A program made the translations under genes and the position numbers. From contig JAAZBM010000014.1 in the NCBI GenBank assembly GCA_012513815.1, positions 376,568 to 440,567 on the forward strand: a stretch of DNA of 64,000 nt, read 5' to 3'. Source of the stretch: Candidatus Sumerlaeota bacterium. Its GTDB lineage: Bacteria; Sumerlaeota; Sumerlaeia; Sumerlaeales; Sumerlaeaceae. Below the pieces are notes generated by a model that had not been told where the DNA came from, searched no databases, and saw only the letters and a list, made by a program, of their open reading frames with translations. Of the stretch, positions 29,667 to 41,201 are shown in pieces; position 1 is the stretch's first letter; each line of letters begins with the position of its first letter.

Positions 29667-30532
29667 TAGGGAATGTGCTTTGTGACGGAAAGAAACAAGT
29701 AGGTCACCATAAAGGCAAAAAGCAACGAATCGGTGCGATCTAGCAACCCGCCATGTCCGCCAAACAACTTGCCGGAATCCTTGATATTGGCGTCACGCTT
29801 CAAAATCGATTCGCCCAAATCACCGATGACGGACGCAATCGAAATCAGAAATCCCAGCGATAATGTCGAGACTAAATCTAGCGGGAAACCGTCCGTGGCA
29901 TAGCGATTGGCAACCAACCGAAACACAACACAAGCCAACATGCAAGTAATGACGCCACCAAACAAGCCCTCCCAAGACTTCTTGGGACTCATGGTCGGAG
30001 CCATCTTGTGTTTTCCACAGCGGCAGCCCACCAAAAAGGCGCCCGTATCCGTTGCCCATGTCCCCAGAATAACCATCAGCGCAATAATCGTATAATAACA
30101 CACGATATGAACGCCGAGTCCAAAGGACAACCCCAGATAAAGCGTGGCAAAAACGGTCAGCGGAACAGACGACAACGAGCCGTTCGCCCCATAGACGGAC
30201 ATGTGCGTCACAAAGGACATGACCACCAGAGCTGCAAGAGTTATCGGCAAAGCATGGATAAAGACGACATGGTCACACGAACCTAGCCACGTCAGCAAAA
30301 TCGAAAAGGGAATCGCGACCAGATGCGAAGGGTCATACTTTCGCGCATCCGCAAGACGAATCAGTTCATGAACACCCCAAGCGCTGAAAAACATCGCCGC
30401 CACAATCACTAACGGATGAAGAACGGGCAGACCAATACATATCAAAAAAACAGACGCACCAAGAATACCTATGCGATAACGAGACTGCGAAAAACCTGTA
30501 AACAGTCGGCTAAATGGCATACCGGCAATCAC
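29663..30532 (-). CDS. cdsA: Phosphatidate cytidylyltransferase
   Basis: CdsA signature KxSPxKxWEG (MSPKKSWEGLFGGV) and a polytopic body. Confidence 0.85.
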   Translation of the reverse strand: MIAGMPFSRLFTGFSQSRYRIGILGASVFLICIGLPVLHPLVIVAAMFFSAWGVHELIRLADARKYDPSHLVAIPFSILLTWLGSCDHVVFIHALPITLAALVVMSFVTHMSVYGANGSLSSVPLTVFATLYLGLSFGLGVHIVCYYTIIALMVILGTWATDTGAFLVGCRCGKHKMAPTMSPKKSWEGLFGGVITCMLACVVFRLVANRYATDGFPLDLVSTLSLGFLISIASVIGDLGESILKRDANIKDSGKLFGGHGGLLDRTDSLLFAFMVTYLFLSVTKHIPY

Positions 30533-30690
30533 TCCTCATATGTATTTTTCCTTGCTAATTTACGATAACACTTGATGATATCAACAATTCAAAGAAACTA
30601 ACACACAACAAACTCAAACCAAGGCCGATAAATACCCATTATCAATGTACTAAATGATAACAGATATTAATATGAATTGAGCATCGACCT

Positions 30691-32076
30691 ATGCAAAAGA
30701 GTTGGACTGTCCCAAGTGAGAATTTACCGATAGCTGATGACTTTGATGTCATTGTCGCGGGCGGAGGAACGGCCGGTGTGTGCGCGGCCATCGCTGCGGC
30801 GAGAAACGGAGCAAAAACGCTGCTTGTCGAACAATACGGTTTCCCCGGCGGAACACAAACAGCAGGACAAGTCGGGCCACTATGCCCCAACTTCAACCCG
30901 GACGGCACACCGCTGACAAAGGGCATTGGACAGGAAATCTGGAATCGTCTCGGAAAAGCAAATGGCGGATACGACCTACCGCCCGACGGAAAGTACAAAC
31001 AAGGAGAATGGGCATGGTTTGATTTCGAGGCACTCAAGAATCTCGAAGAACAGATGCTCATCGAAGCCGGTGTCACGCTCCTCTATCACACCTATATCTC
31101 ACAACCAATGATGGTGGACAACAAAGTCTGTGGACTGATTATCGACAACAAATCCGGCAGACAGGCCATCGCGGCCAAGGTAATCGTGGACGCCACCGGC
31201 GATGCCGATGTTGTATTCCGCAGCGGTGCGCCATGCGAAAACGGACGTCCGGGCGACGGGCTAAACCAGCCCGGAACATTGCGATTCCACGTCGGTCATG
31301 TGGACTGGGAGCGGCTGACAGCATTCCTGAAAACTCACAATGTCCCCCTCATTCAAGGCAAACTCCCAACAGTCAGCTATGGCATTGGCGGTGGCGCCAA
31401 GGATTTGGCGGCTTACCTCAACCAATGCGTCGACGAGGGCAAAGTCGACAAAGAAGACATTCGCTACTTCCAGTTTTATGCCGCGGTCGGCAGGCCGGGC
31501 GAAATCAGCTTCAACTGCCCCGAGATACGACAGTATCAAGGCACCGAAGCAGCCGACCTCACGGCAATGCAAATCGAAGGGCGCAAAGCCATTGCCCGCC
31601 TCATCGACTTCTGCAAGCGCTGTCTACCCGGATTTGAGGATTGCTATTTGGCATCCGTCGCGCCGATGCCGGGTATCCGTAGCTCGCGTCGAGCGGTCAC
31701 GGACTATGTACTCACAGTAAACGATGTCGTCAATGGCGTAAAATTCGACGACGCTGTCGCACGAAACAATTGGCCCCCGGACATTCATTCGGTCAAAAAA
31801 GACGAAGACCTCTACCTCGACCATGAACCGGTCGATTTCGTGGAGATTCCTTACCGTTGTCTCCTGCCCCAAAACATCGACAACCTTCTTGTCGCCGGTC
31901 GATGCATTGGTGTCGACTTTGCCGCGCAGGCCGCAATCCGCATCTCACGCACATGCCAAGCATTAGGCGAAGCAGCGGGAACGGCGGCCGCTTACGCCGT
32001 CAAAGACGCCATCACGCCACGACAACTTTCCGGGACGAAATTACATCGAATTTTGGTCGACAACGGGCTTTTGTGA
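30691..32076 (+). CDS. FAD-dependent oxidoreductase (FAD_oxidored-type)
   Basis: Dinucleotide fold DVIVAGGGTAGVCAAIAAARNGAKTLLVEQ ... VDATGDADV. Confidence 0.7.
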   Translation: MQKSWTVPSENLPIADDFDVIVAGGGTAGVCAAIAAARNGAKTLLVEQYGFPGGTQTAGQVGPLCPNFNPDGTPLTKGIGQEIWNRLGKANGGYDLPPDGKYKQGEWAWFDFEALKNLEEQMLIEAGVTLLYHTYISQPMMVDNKVCGLIIDNKSGRQAIAAKVIVDATGDADVVFRSGAPCENGRPGDGLNQPGTLRFHVGHVDWERLTAFLKTHNVPLIQGKLPTVSYGIGGGAKDLAAYLNQCVDEGKVDKEDIRYFQFYAAVGRPGEISFNCPEIRQYQGTEAADLTAMQIEGRKAIARLIDFCKRCLPGFEDCYLASVAPMPGIRSSRRAVTDYVLTVNDVVNGVKFDDAVARNNWPPDIHSVKKDEDLYLDHEPVDFVEIPYRCLLPQNIDNLLVAGRCIGVDFAAQAAIRISRTCQALGEAAGTAAAYAVKDAITPRQLSGTKLHRILVDNGLL

Positions 32077-32174
32077 CAAATCGAAAACATCAGGCTTTTT
32101 TGGACTTTTTCGGCACGAAGAGGTGAACAGAAAACTAGTTCGAGGATTAAATCAATCACAGGAGATTTTTATAA

Positions 32175-33809
<1,635 letters not shown>

Positions 33810-33996
33810 GCGCTTTTGGGGTTTGATTGGATGGCTGTTACCCTGTGTAACGCTAAGGGAATTGACAAAAGACTCCATGTACGCTATAGTGGACATGGGA
33901 TGTGTGAGTAACTTAAAACAACTGATGATTCGGTAATAATGATTGCTGCTCATCTTTAGTTGATTATAACAAGAGACGAAGAGGACAAACCTAACA

Positions 33997-34734
33997 ATGC
34001 AACGCTATGACGGAAGAACACCTAACGACAAACGACCAATCAAAATCTCGACGAACTTCACGCAATGGGCGGAGGGAAGTGTCCTGATTGAGACAGGAAA
34101 CACCAAGGCCATTTGCACCGCAAGCGTCGAGGAAACCGTGCCGATTCATCTCAGAGGAAAAGAACAGGGATGGGTCACGGCCGAATACTCTATGCTGCCA
34201 AGAAGCACCCAAACTCGAACACCTCGCGAAGCCGCCAAAGGCAAGCAAAAAGGAAGAACTCTGGAGATTCAGAGGCTCATTGGGCGCAGTCTCAGAGCAA
34301 TCACGGATATGAAAAAGTTGGGCGAAAGAACCATCACCATTGACTGCGATGTCATTCAGGCAGATGGCGGAACGAGAACGGCGTCAATCACAGGTGGGTT
34401 CGTTGCGTTAGCATTGGCAATCAAAAATCTCGAAAGTAAAAACCTTGTTGAGAAGGGAACTGTCCTCCGCGAAAATGTTGCGGCAATCAGCGTCGGAATC
34501 ATCGGGGGAACACCCATGCTCGACCTCGACTATTCGGAAGACAGCACCGCCGATGTAGATATGAATATCGTGATGACAGAGAATGGACAGTTTATCGAAC
34601 TGCAAGGAACCGCCGAAGGCAATCCGTTCAACGACGCAGAGCTTGCAAAGCTCATCGAATTGGGTCGAAAAGGAATTGCGGAACTCATTTACGAGCAAAA
34701 AAAGGCAATAGACCTTACATTTATTAATGGCTGA
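33997..34734 (+). CDS. rph: Ribonuclease PH
   Basis: R(x)DGR and TxxxGS-type RNase PH motifs ([10 protein letters not shown] ... [17 protein letters not shown]). Confidence 0.9.
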   Translation: MQRYDGRTPNDKRPIKISTNFTQWAEGSVLIETGNTKAICTASVEETVPIHLRGKEQGWVTAEYSMLPRSTQTRTPREAAKGKQKGRTLEIQRLIGRSLRAITDMKKLGERTITIDCDVIQADGGTRTASITGGFVALALAIKNLESKNLVEKGTVLRENVAAISVGIIGGTPMLDLDYSEDSTADVDMNIVMTENGQFIELQGTAEGNPFNDAELAKLIELGRKGIAELIYEQKKAIDLTFING

Positions 34735-34773
34735 ACCTAAAACAGATTCCCATTGAGTTGGTAAATTGACACT

Positions 34774-36132
34774 ATGAATTGGATATTTGATACTTGTCGG
34801 AGAACGATTGGGACAGCCTGCCTTGCCTTGTGCGTCATGGCAATGGTTACGGATGCCCATACCCAAAACGACGACTATCAAACGAAGGCCATATCTCCGG
34901 CACATCGCGCGAAAATCAACTCGGATTTGCAGAACGCACGAGCAAAGGTTTCGCAAGCTCGGAACCCACAGGACTGGGGAGTCGCGATGGAAGAGCTATG
35001 CAAACAGCTTTTGCAAACGGAAGATTATGACAATGCCATCAAGGCGGCGAATGCGGTGGCCAGGCAAAACGGTGTTGACAGGGAACGACGAGCCGCCCAC
35101 CATTTCCTAGTTGCCCAGATTCTGGCCCTCAAAATGGAAGCCAGCCCCAATACCGGAGAGATGCAGCGCAACAAACGCCTTGCCCTCAGTGCGGCCCAAG
35201 AGGTCAGAGAGCAGAATTACCCCGCGCAATGGGGTATCACAGACCAAGCTCAAAAACTCATCATCAAGCTCAGTGACGGTGAATACACCCAATCTGTCGC
35301 GCAAGACATCAGCAAGCGGCAAACCGGCGGAGTGACTGCCGAACAGCTCAACGAAGCAAGACGCCAATCGCAGAGTTTGGAGTTTAACTCGCAAACCGGC
35401 AAACTGAAGACCGGAGCAAACCTCTGGTCTAGACTGAGGGACTCCGAGGATTCGTATGGAGATGCGCCGTCCCTATCGGGGAATAACTCGCAAATCAAAG
35501 ATTACACGAACGCCACCCCTCAAGATTTCTCGGATAGACAAACAAGATTCCCCGACGAAAAGTATAATCAGCAATCGGAAACAAATTACCGTAGGGATTT
35601 GCAAGAACAGTTCAGGGCAACAACAAATATGACGCCCGGCAACAACGCACTCAACTATGTTCCTCGGAATGCCACAAAGCAAGGGAACTTGCGGCAATCG
35701 CTAGGAGGATACTCCCCATACCCATCCATCCCGTCGCTCAATGCGAAATACGAAAGCAAATCGAGTATCGAGTCACCTACGGAAAAACTAATCGGTCGAA
35801 AACCGACTCAGTCTGTCCCTAAAAAAGTCGATGGAGCGCCGTCAAATGTTTCGAATCTCCAGAACACAACAACCGAAGAATTGATTTCGAGAGCGGCCAA
35901 CCGCACCTCCGCCATGCCACGCTACGGAACTGTCAAGGGGGAAAAAGCGACAAGAGCCTATTCCTACGAAACGGACGAAGGTGCCAAAGCTCGTTCGAAA
36001 CGACCCGATGTCTATAAGAAAAGAAATGACCCCGCAACGGATGTCTATGTCCCGGACACCATGCCCGCATCAAGGCACGGTGGACTCATAATTGACGGAG
36101 AAACGATACAAGGACAAACACTTGTGGAATAA
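34774..36132 (+). CDS. Secreted low-complexity (Q/N/S-rich) hypothetical protein
   Basis: Signal-peptide-like N-terminus. The remainder is polar, low complexity and likely disordered. Confidence 0.4.
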   Translation: MNWIFDTCRRTIGTACLALCVMAMVTDAHTQNDDYQTKAISPAHRAKINSDLQNARAKVSQARNPQDWGVAMEELCKQLLQTEDYDNAIKAANAVARQNGVDRERRAAHHFLVAQILALKMEASPNTGEMQRNKRLALSAAQEVREQNYPAQWGITDQAQKLIIKLSDGEYTQSVAQDISKRQTGGVTAEQLNEARRQSQSLEFNSQTGKLKTGANLWSRLRDSEDSYGDAPSLSGNNSQIKDYTNATPQDFSDRQTRFPDEKYNQQSETNYRRDLQEQFRATTNMTPGNNALNYVPRNATKQGNLRQSLGGYSPYPSIPSLNAKYESKSSIESPTEKLIGRKPTQSVPKKVDGAPSNVSNLQNTTTEELISRAANRTSAMPRYGTVKGEKATRAYSYETDEGAKARSKRPDVYKKRNDPATDVYVPDTMPASRHGGLIIDGETIQGQTLVE

Positions 36133-36177
36133 GCAGAATGACTTTCTGCTCGACCTGTGACAAGAAAAGAATAACCT

Positions 36178-37179
36178 ATGGATAAGATGAACAACAACTC
36201 ACTGAATGTCGGACGCGATGTCATTCGACAAGAAGCCGACGCACTCATGACGATGGCGGAACGGATGAATGGCGATTTCGACAAAGCCATCGAACTGATT
36301 CTCGCGTGCAAGGGGAGAATCGTCTTCACCGGAATGGGTAAACACGGATTGGTCGCACGCAAGACTGCCGCGACGATGTCCAGCACCGGCACACCGTGCT
36401 TCTTCTTGCATCCTGCCGAGGCGGCACACGGAGACCTCGGGATGGTTGAAAAAGAAGATTTGGTCATCGCGGTCAGCAACAGTGGGAACACGTCGGAAGT
36501 CTTGGGTATTCTGCCATACATCCAGAGACATCAAAACAAACTGATTGCCATGGTGGGCAACATAAACAGCGAGTTGGCAAAAAACGCCGATGTCGTGCTT
36601 GACATCTCGGTCGAGAAAGAAGCATGTCCCCTCAATCTTGCGCCAACAACAAGCACGACGGCAGCCATCGCCATGGGAGACGCGCTCGCCGTGGTACTCG
36701 TCAATAAAAAAGGATTCCAAAAAGACGACTTCGCGCTCAGACATCCGGGCGGAACGCTCGGCAAACGGCTTCTGCTGAAGGTCGGCGACATCATGCGCGC
36801 CGGGAAAAATCCTACCATCGCGACAACGGATACTTTCGACAAAGCGGTCGGCGCAATCACCGGCGGAATGATGGGAGCCGTTACGGTTGTGGACGAAAAC
36901 GGAAAAATGGTCGGGATTATCACGGACGGCGATGTCAGACGGACATTCCACAATGCCGCCGGTGGCAAGAACATCTCCGTGACCGAAATTCTCAATCAAC
37001 ACGCAGCCGATATCATGACTAAATCGGCCCTCTTCACAACAACGGATACTCTGGCAGTCAAAGCGCTAAGCATCATGGAAGACGGCAAACGGAAGATTTT
37101 CGTCCTGCCGGTGCTCGACGAAAACGGATGCCCCGTAGGCATGGTCCATCTGCACGACCTCGTCAGCGCCGGGCTATAG
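36178..37179 (+). CDS. kdsD: Arabinose-5-phosphate isomerase (SIS + tandem CBS)
   Basis: SIS-domain GMGKHGLVARKTAATMSSTG followed by two CBS domains. Alternative symbols are kpsF or gutQ. Confidence 0.85.
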   Translation: MDKMNNNSLNVGRDVIRQEADALMTMAERMNGDFDKAIELILACKGRIVFTGMGKHGLVARKTAATMSSTGTPCFFLHPAEAAHGDLGMVEKEDLVIAVSNSGNTSEVLGILPYIQRHQNKLIAMVGNINSELAKNADVVLDISVEKEACPLNLAPTTSTTAAIAMGDALAVVLVNKKGFQKDDFALRHPGGTLGKRLLLKVGDIMRAGKNPTIATTDTFDKAVGAITGGMMGAVTVVDENGKMVGIITDGDVRRTFHNAAGGKNISVTEILNQHAADIMTKSALFTTTDTLAVKALSIMEDGKRKIFVLPVLDENGCPVGMVHLHDLVSAGL

Positions 37180-37197
37180 CAGGACGATACAATCAAT

Positions 37198-38508
37198 CTA
37201 GCAATCGCTGTGTTTGCAGCCGCTGCGACCGAGATACTCGCTCACAACCTTGTAGGCACAGAACTGACCGCACATCGTGCAGCATTCCTGACTTGAATCA
37301 TTCTTCGCGGCACGGAAGCGACGGGCCTTGACGGGATCGATGGAGAGTTCAATCTGCCGTGACCAGTCAAGTTTCTTGCGAGCCTCGGCCATCTCGGCAT
37401 CCCAGCTAGCGGCACCGGGCACACCCTTGACAAGGTCGGCGGCATGAGCCGCGATACGCGAAGCAATCACACCCTCGTGAACATCCTCGAGCGAGGGAAG
37501 CCCAAGATGCTCGGCCGGAGTTACGTAGCAAAGAAAATCCGCACCGGCACTGGCGGCAATTGCGCCACCGATAGCGGCCGTTATGTGGTCATAACCCGGA
37601 GCGACATCTGTCACCAGAGGCCCAAGAACATAAAATGGCGCATTGTGGCACAAGGTCTTTTCTAGCTTCATATTAGCGACAATCTGATCCAGCGGCACAT
37701 GCCCCGGCCCCTCAACCATCGCTTGGACGCCCGCGTCACGAGCGCGAGTCACCAGACCACCGAGTAAAATCAATTCCTCAATCTGAGGAGCATCTGTTGC
37801 ATCAGCAATGCAACCCGGACGCAAGCCATCACCAAGACTCAGCGTGACATCATACTTATGCGCAATCTCAAGCAAACGGTCAAACTGAGCATAAAAAGGA
37901 TTCTCTTCCTTATGATGCAACATCCACGCAGTCATAAAAGAACCGCCACGGGAAACAATGTCCATCAGACGACCACGATCACGAAGCAAATCAATAACGT
38001 TTTGCGTCACGCCGCAATGAACGGTAATAAAATCGATACCGTCGGCACAATGCGCTTCGACCGAATTGAACATATCTTCTGCGGTCATATCAACCATCCG
38101 GTCGCCACGTTGCGCGGCACTGACCAACGCCTGATACAGAGGAACTGAACCAACCATAACGGGGCTTTTCGCCACAATCGACCGACGAGTCTGGTCAATA
38201 TCGCCACCCGTGCTGAGGTCCATCACGGAATGCACACCGGCCTTCAGAGCGGTCTCGAGCTTCTTGACTTCCTTATCAAGTTCCGGATAAGCATCCGAAG
38301 TCCCAATATTCGCATTAACCTTGGTCGACAAACCCTTGCCAACGGCCATCGGAGTCAAATGAACATGATTCACATTCGACGGCAAAACAATCTCGCCCGA
38401 GACCATCCCCTGACGAATCATCTCCGCACTCACTGAATCGTAATCCGCAGCCGCGCACATTTGCGCGGTTTCGATTCCCTTGCGAGCTTGTTCAAGCTGT
38501 GTCAACAT
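37198..38508 (-). CDS. thiC: Phosphomethylpyrimidine synthase
   Basis: ThiC core NANIGTS and the C-terminal Fe-S motif CTMCGxxFCA. Confidence 0.9.
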   Translation of the reverse strand: MLTQLEQARKGIETAQMCAAADYDSVSAEMIRQGMVSGEIVLPSNVNHVHLTPMAVGKGLSTKVNANIGTSDAYPELDKEVKKLETALKAGVHSVMDLSTGGDIDQTRRSIVAKSPVMVGSVPLYQALVSAAQRGDRMVDMTAEDMFNSVEAHCADGIDFITVHCGVTQNVIDLLRDRGRLMDIVSRGGSFMTAWMLHHKEENPFYAQFDRLLEIAHKYDVTLSLGDGLRPGCIADATDAPQIEELILLGGLVTRARDAGVQAMVEGPGHVPLDQIVANMKLEKTLCHNAPFYVLGPLVTDVAPGYDHITAAIGGAIAASAGADFLCYVTPAEHLGLPSLEDVHEGVIASRIAAHAADLVKGVPGAASWDAEMAEARKKLDWSRQIELSIDPVKARRFRAAKNDSSQECCTMCGQFCAYKVVSEYLGRSGCKHSDC

Positions 38509-38520
38509 TTTCTCAATCTC

Positions 38521-38551
38521 CCAAAAACAAAAATAGTCTCTTGTGAGACCA
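38521..38551 (-). terminator. Intrinsic terminator / attenuator hairpin in the thiC 5' leader
   Basis: On the minus strand: TGGTCTCacaaGAGACTA, then TTTTTGTTTTT, then RBS GGGAGA, then 8 nt, then ATG(thiC). Confidence 0.35.
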
Positions 38552-38745
38552 GACTATACCTACAACTAATCAATGGAATGGTTTACTTTTATACATTATA
38601 TTCCTGACAACTTTTCTGAGAAAACTGTATCTACCTAATACGGTTAAGCAGAAAGCGGACTCGTAAGCCGCGAAACATATAAACTTTTTGTGACATCATC
38701 CGTCTTCTGACGCCGATACTGAAAGACCTTTTTAGGATTAGTTTT

Positions 38746-40668
38746 ATGTCACAACTTTTAAATATCAAACTGCCGGACGGAAGCGTCAAACAGACGCCCA
38801 AAGGCACAACGGTATACGAATTCGCGAAAAGCATCGGCTCCGGACTTGCTAAAGCTGCTTTGGGGGCGAAAATCAATAACGATAAATTGATTGGACTTTC
38901 GGATAAGCTCGAAGACGATTGCGCCATTAGCATTCTCACATGGAAAGATGAAGAAGGCCGTAGCATCTACCGCCATACCGCGGCTCATGTCATGGCTCAA
39001 GCAGTCAAAAGACTCTTCCCAAATGTCAAACTTACCATCGGCCCTCCGCTCGACGACAGCTACTATTACGACTTTGACCTCGACCAACCGCTCACGGTGG
39101 AAGACCTTGAAAAAATCGACGCGGAAGTCGAAAAGGTGGTCAGCGAAGCCCACGAAATCAAGCGCATCGAATTGCCAAGAGCCGAAGCCATCGCCTATTT
39201 TGAGAAACGGGGCGAACCCTACAAAATCGAAATCATCAACGAACTGCCCGAAGATGCGATTATCAGCATCTATGAACAAGGCGAATTCGCCGACTTGTGC
39301 CGTGGCCCGCATATGCCCAACACAAGCGCAATCAAAGCAAACAAACTACTCAGCGTTGCCGGTGCATACTGGCGCGCGGACGCCAAGAACAAGATGCTTC
39401 AGCGCGTCTATGGCACGGCGTTCCCAGACAAGAAACAACTGGACGAACATCTGCGGATGCTCGAGGAAGCACGCAAGCGCGACCACAGAAAAATCGGCCG
39501 TGAACTCGACCTCTTCTCCTTCCAGGACGAAGGCCCCGGCTTCCCGTTCTTCCATCCCAACGGAATGATTGTCTATAACGAACTGATGGACTTCTTGCGT
39601 GAGAAACTGGTCGAGCGCAACTACAAGGAAATCCGCACGCCAATGATTCTCAACGAATCGCTTTGGCACCGCAGCGGTCACTGGGATCACTACCAAGAGA
39701 ACATGTACTTCACGAAGATTGACGACGGCGACTATGCGGTCAAACCGATGAACTGCCCCGGATGCATGCTCGTCTATCGTCAAGGCAGACGCTCCTACCG
39801 CGAATTGCCCCTGAAGTTCGCCGAATTCGGACTGGTGCACCGCCACGAGATGAGCGGTGTTCTGCACGGACTGTTCCGCGTTCGCTGCTTTACGCAGGAC
39901 GACGCCCACATCTTCTGCACGGAAGATCAGCTCGAACAAGAGGTCATCGACACCATCGCGCTTATCAAAGAAGTCTATGAGACCTTCGGTTTCACCGAGT
40001 ATCATATGGAACTCAGCACCCGCCCCGAGGACAGTCAGGGAAGCGACGAAATCTGGGAAATGGCGACAACGGCTCTCGAGAATTCGCTGAAGCACCTCAA
40101 GGTTGACTACAAACTCAACCCCGGTGATGGCGCTTTCTACGGCCCCAAAATCGACTTCCACGTCAAAGACGCTCTCGGCCGTTCATGGCAGTGCGCGACA
40201 ATCCAAGTCGACTTCTCCATGCCCGAGCGCTTCGACCTGAACTACATCGGACAAGACGGACTCAAGCATCGTCCCGTCATGGTACACCGCGCGGTCTTCG
40301 GTTCCATCGAGCGCTTCCTAGGAATGCTCATCGAGCAAACCGTCGGCAACTTCCCCGTATGGCTCGCGCCCGTACAGGTCGCGATGCTGCCCATCAGCGA
40401 GAAATCGCTTGACTTCGCGCGCAAGATTGCGAACGAACTCAGCAGCGCCGGCATCAGAGTCACGCTCAATGCAGGCGAGGAAAAGATTGGCGCGAAAATC
40501 CGCGATGCCGAAATGGCTAAAATCCCCTATATGCTCGTCGTCGGCGAGAAGGAAGCGGCGGCAAATTCCGTCAGCGTCCGCAGACACGGCAAGGGCGACA
40601 TGGGCGTCATGGCAATCGAGGACTTCAAGACGAAAATCCAAAAAGAAATCAAAGAACGCACTCTGTAG
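38746..40668 (+). CDS. thrS: Threonine--tRNA ligase
   Basis: TGS/N-terminal, class II motifs (HRHEMSGVLHGLFRVRCFTQDDAHIF) and the anticodon-binding C-terminus. Confidence 0.95.
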   Translation: MSQLLNIKLPDGSVKQTPKGTTVYEFAKSIGSGLAKAALGAKINNDKLIGLSDKLEDDCAISILTWKDEEGRSIYRHTAAHVMAQAVKRLFPNVKLTIGPPLDDSYYYDFDLDQPLTVEDLEKIDAEVEKVVSEAHEIKRIELPRAEAIAYFEKRGEPYKIEIINELPEDAIISIYEQGEFADLCRGPHMPNTSAIKANKLLSVAGAYWRADAKNKMLQRVYGTAFPDKKQLDEHLRMLEEARKRDHRKIGRELDLFSFQDEGPGFPFFHPNGMIVYNELMDFLREKLVERNYKEIRTPMILNESLWHRSGHWDHYQENMYFTKIDDGDYAVKPMNCPGCMLVYRQGRRSYRELPLKFAEFGLVHRHEMSGVLHGLFRVRCFTQDDAHIFCTEDQLEQEVIDTIALIKEVYETFGFTEYHMELSTRPEDSQGSDEIWEMATTALENSLKHLKVDYKLNPGDGAFYGPKIDFHVKDALGRSWQCATIQVDFSMPERFDLNYIGQDGLKHRPVMVHRAVFGSIERFLGMLIEQTVGNFPVWLAPVQVAMLPISEKSLDFARKIANELSSAGIRVTLNAGEEKIGAKIRDAEMAKIPYMLVVGEKEAAANSVSVRRHGKGDMGVMAIEDFKTKIQKEIKERTL

Positions 40669-40700
40669 CGAATCTATTTCCGGATTGATTGATTTGAACA

Positions 40701-40745
40701 AACGCAAAGTCTTTGACAATAGCAAGGCTTTGCGTTTTGTTTGTA
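40701..40745 (+). terminator. Rho-independent terminator downstream of thrS
   Basis: Stem ACGCAAAG/CTTTGCGT followed by TTTTGTTTG. Confidence 0.45.
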
Positions 40746-40784
40746 ATACATAGAGAAAACAAACCTTTTTGACTGAGGCTCATT

Positions 40785-41180
40785 ATGACCACCTTTATTG
40801 AACATGTCGCCCTCAACGTGGCTGACCCGGCCGCCATCGCTCAGTGGTATTGCACCCATCTGGGCATGACCATCCTTCGCGGCGCCGACACACCGACGCC
40901 CGTCCGATTCCTCGGCGACCCGGCAAACGGAAAAGTCATCCTCGAATTCTATCACAACGAGACAATACCCATCAGCGACTTTGCGACAATCTCGCAAGTG
41001 ACATTTCACATCGCCTTCCACACCGACGACGTCGAAGCAATGAGACTCAAGTTGCTCAACGCAGGCGCAACCGCCCTCTCGCCGACGGAAATCCTCGACG
41101 GAGGAATGGAAGTCGCTTTCGTCCGCGATCCGTGGGGACTATGCGTCCAAATCATTCATCGAAACAAAGCCTTACTATAA
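40785..41180 (+). CDS. VOC/glyoxalase-family protein
   Basis: 131 aa, glyoxalase/bleomycin-resistance-like fold (HVALNVADPAAIAQWY...). Confidence 0.65.
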   Translation: MTTFIEHVALNVADPAAIAQWYCTHLGMTILRGADTPTPVRFLGDPANGKVILEFYHNETIPISDFATISQVTFHIAFHTDDVEAMRLKLLNAGATALSPTEILDGGMEVAFVRDPWGLCVQIIHRNKALL

Positions 41181-41201
41181 CAAACGCCTGAAAGGGAACC
41201 T

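Noticed and set aside
38509-38745. Canonical TPP riboswitch upstream of thiC
   Set aside because: Searched both strands by eye for GGGGTGCC / CTGAGA / ACCTGATC / TGCCAGCG. Only an isolated CTGAGA on the wrong (thrS) strand. The unresolved attenuator is reported as a finding instead.
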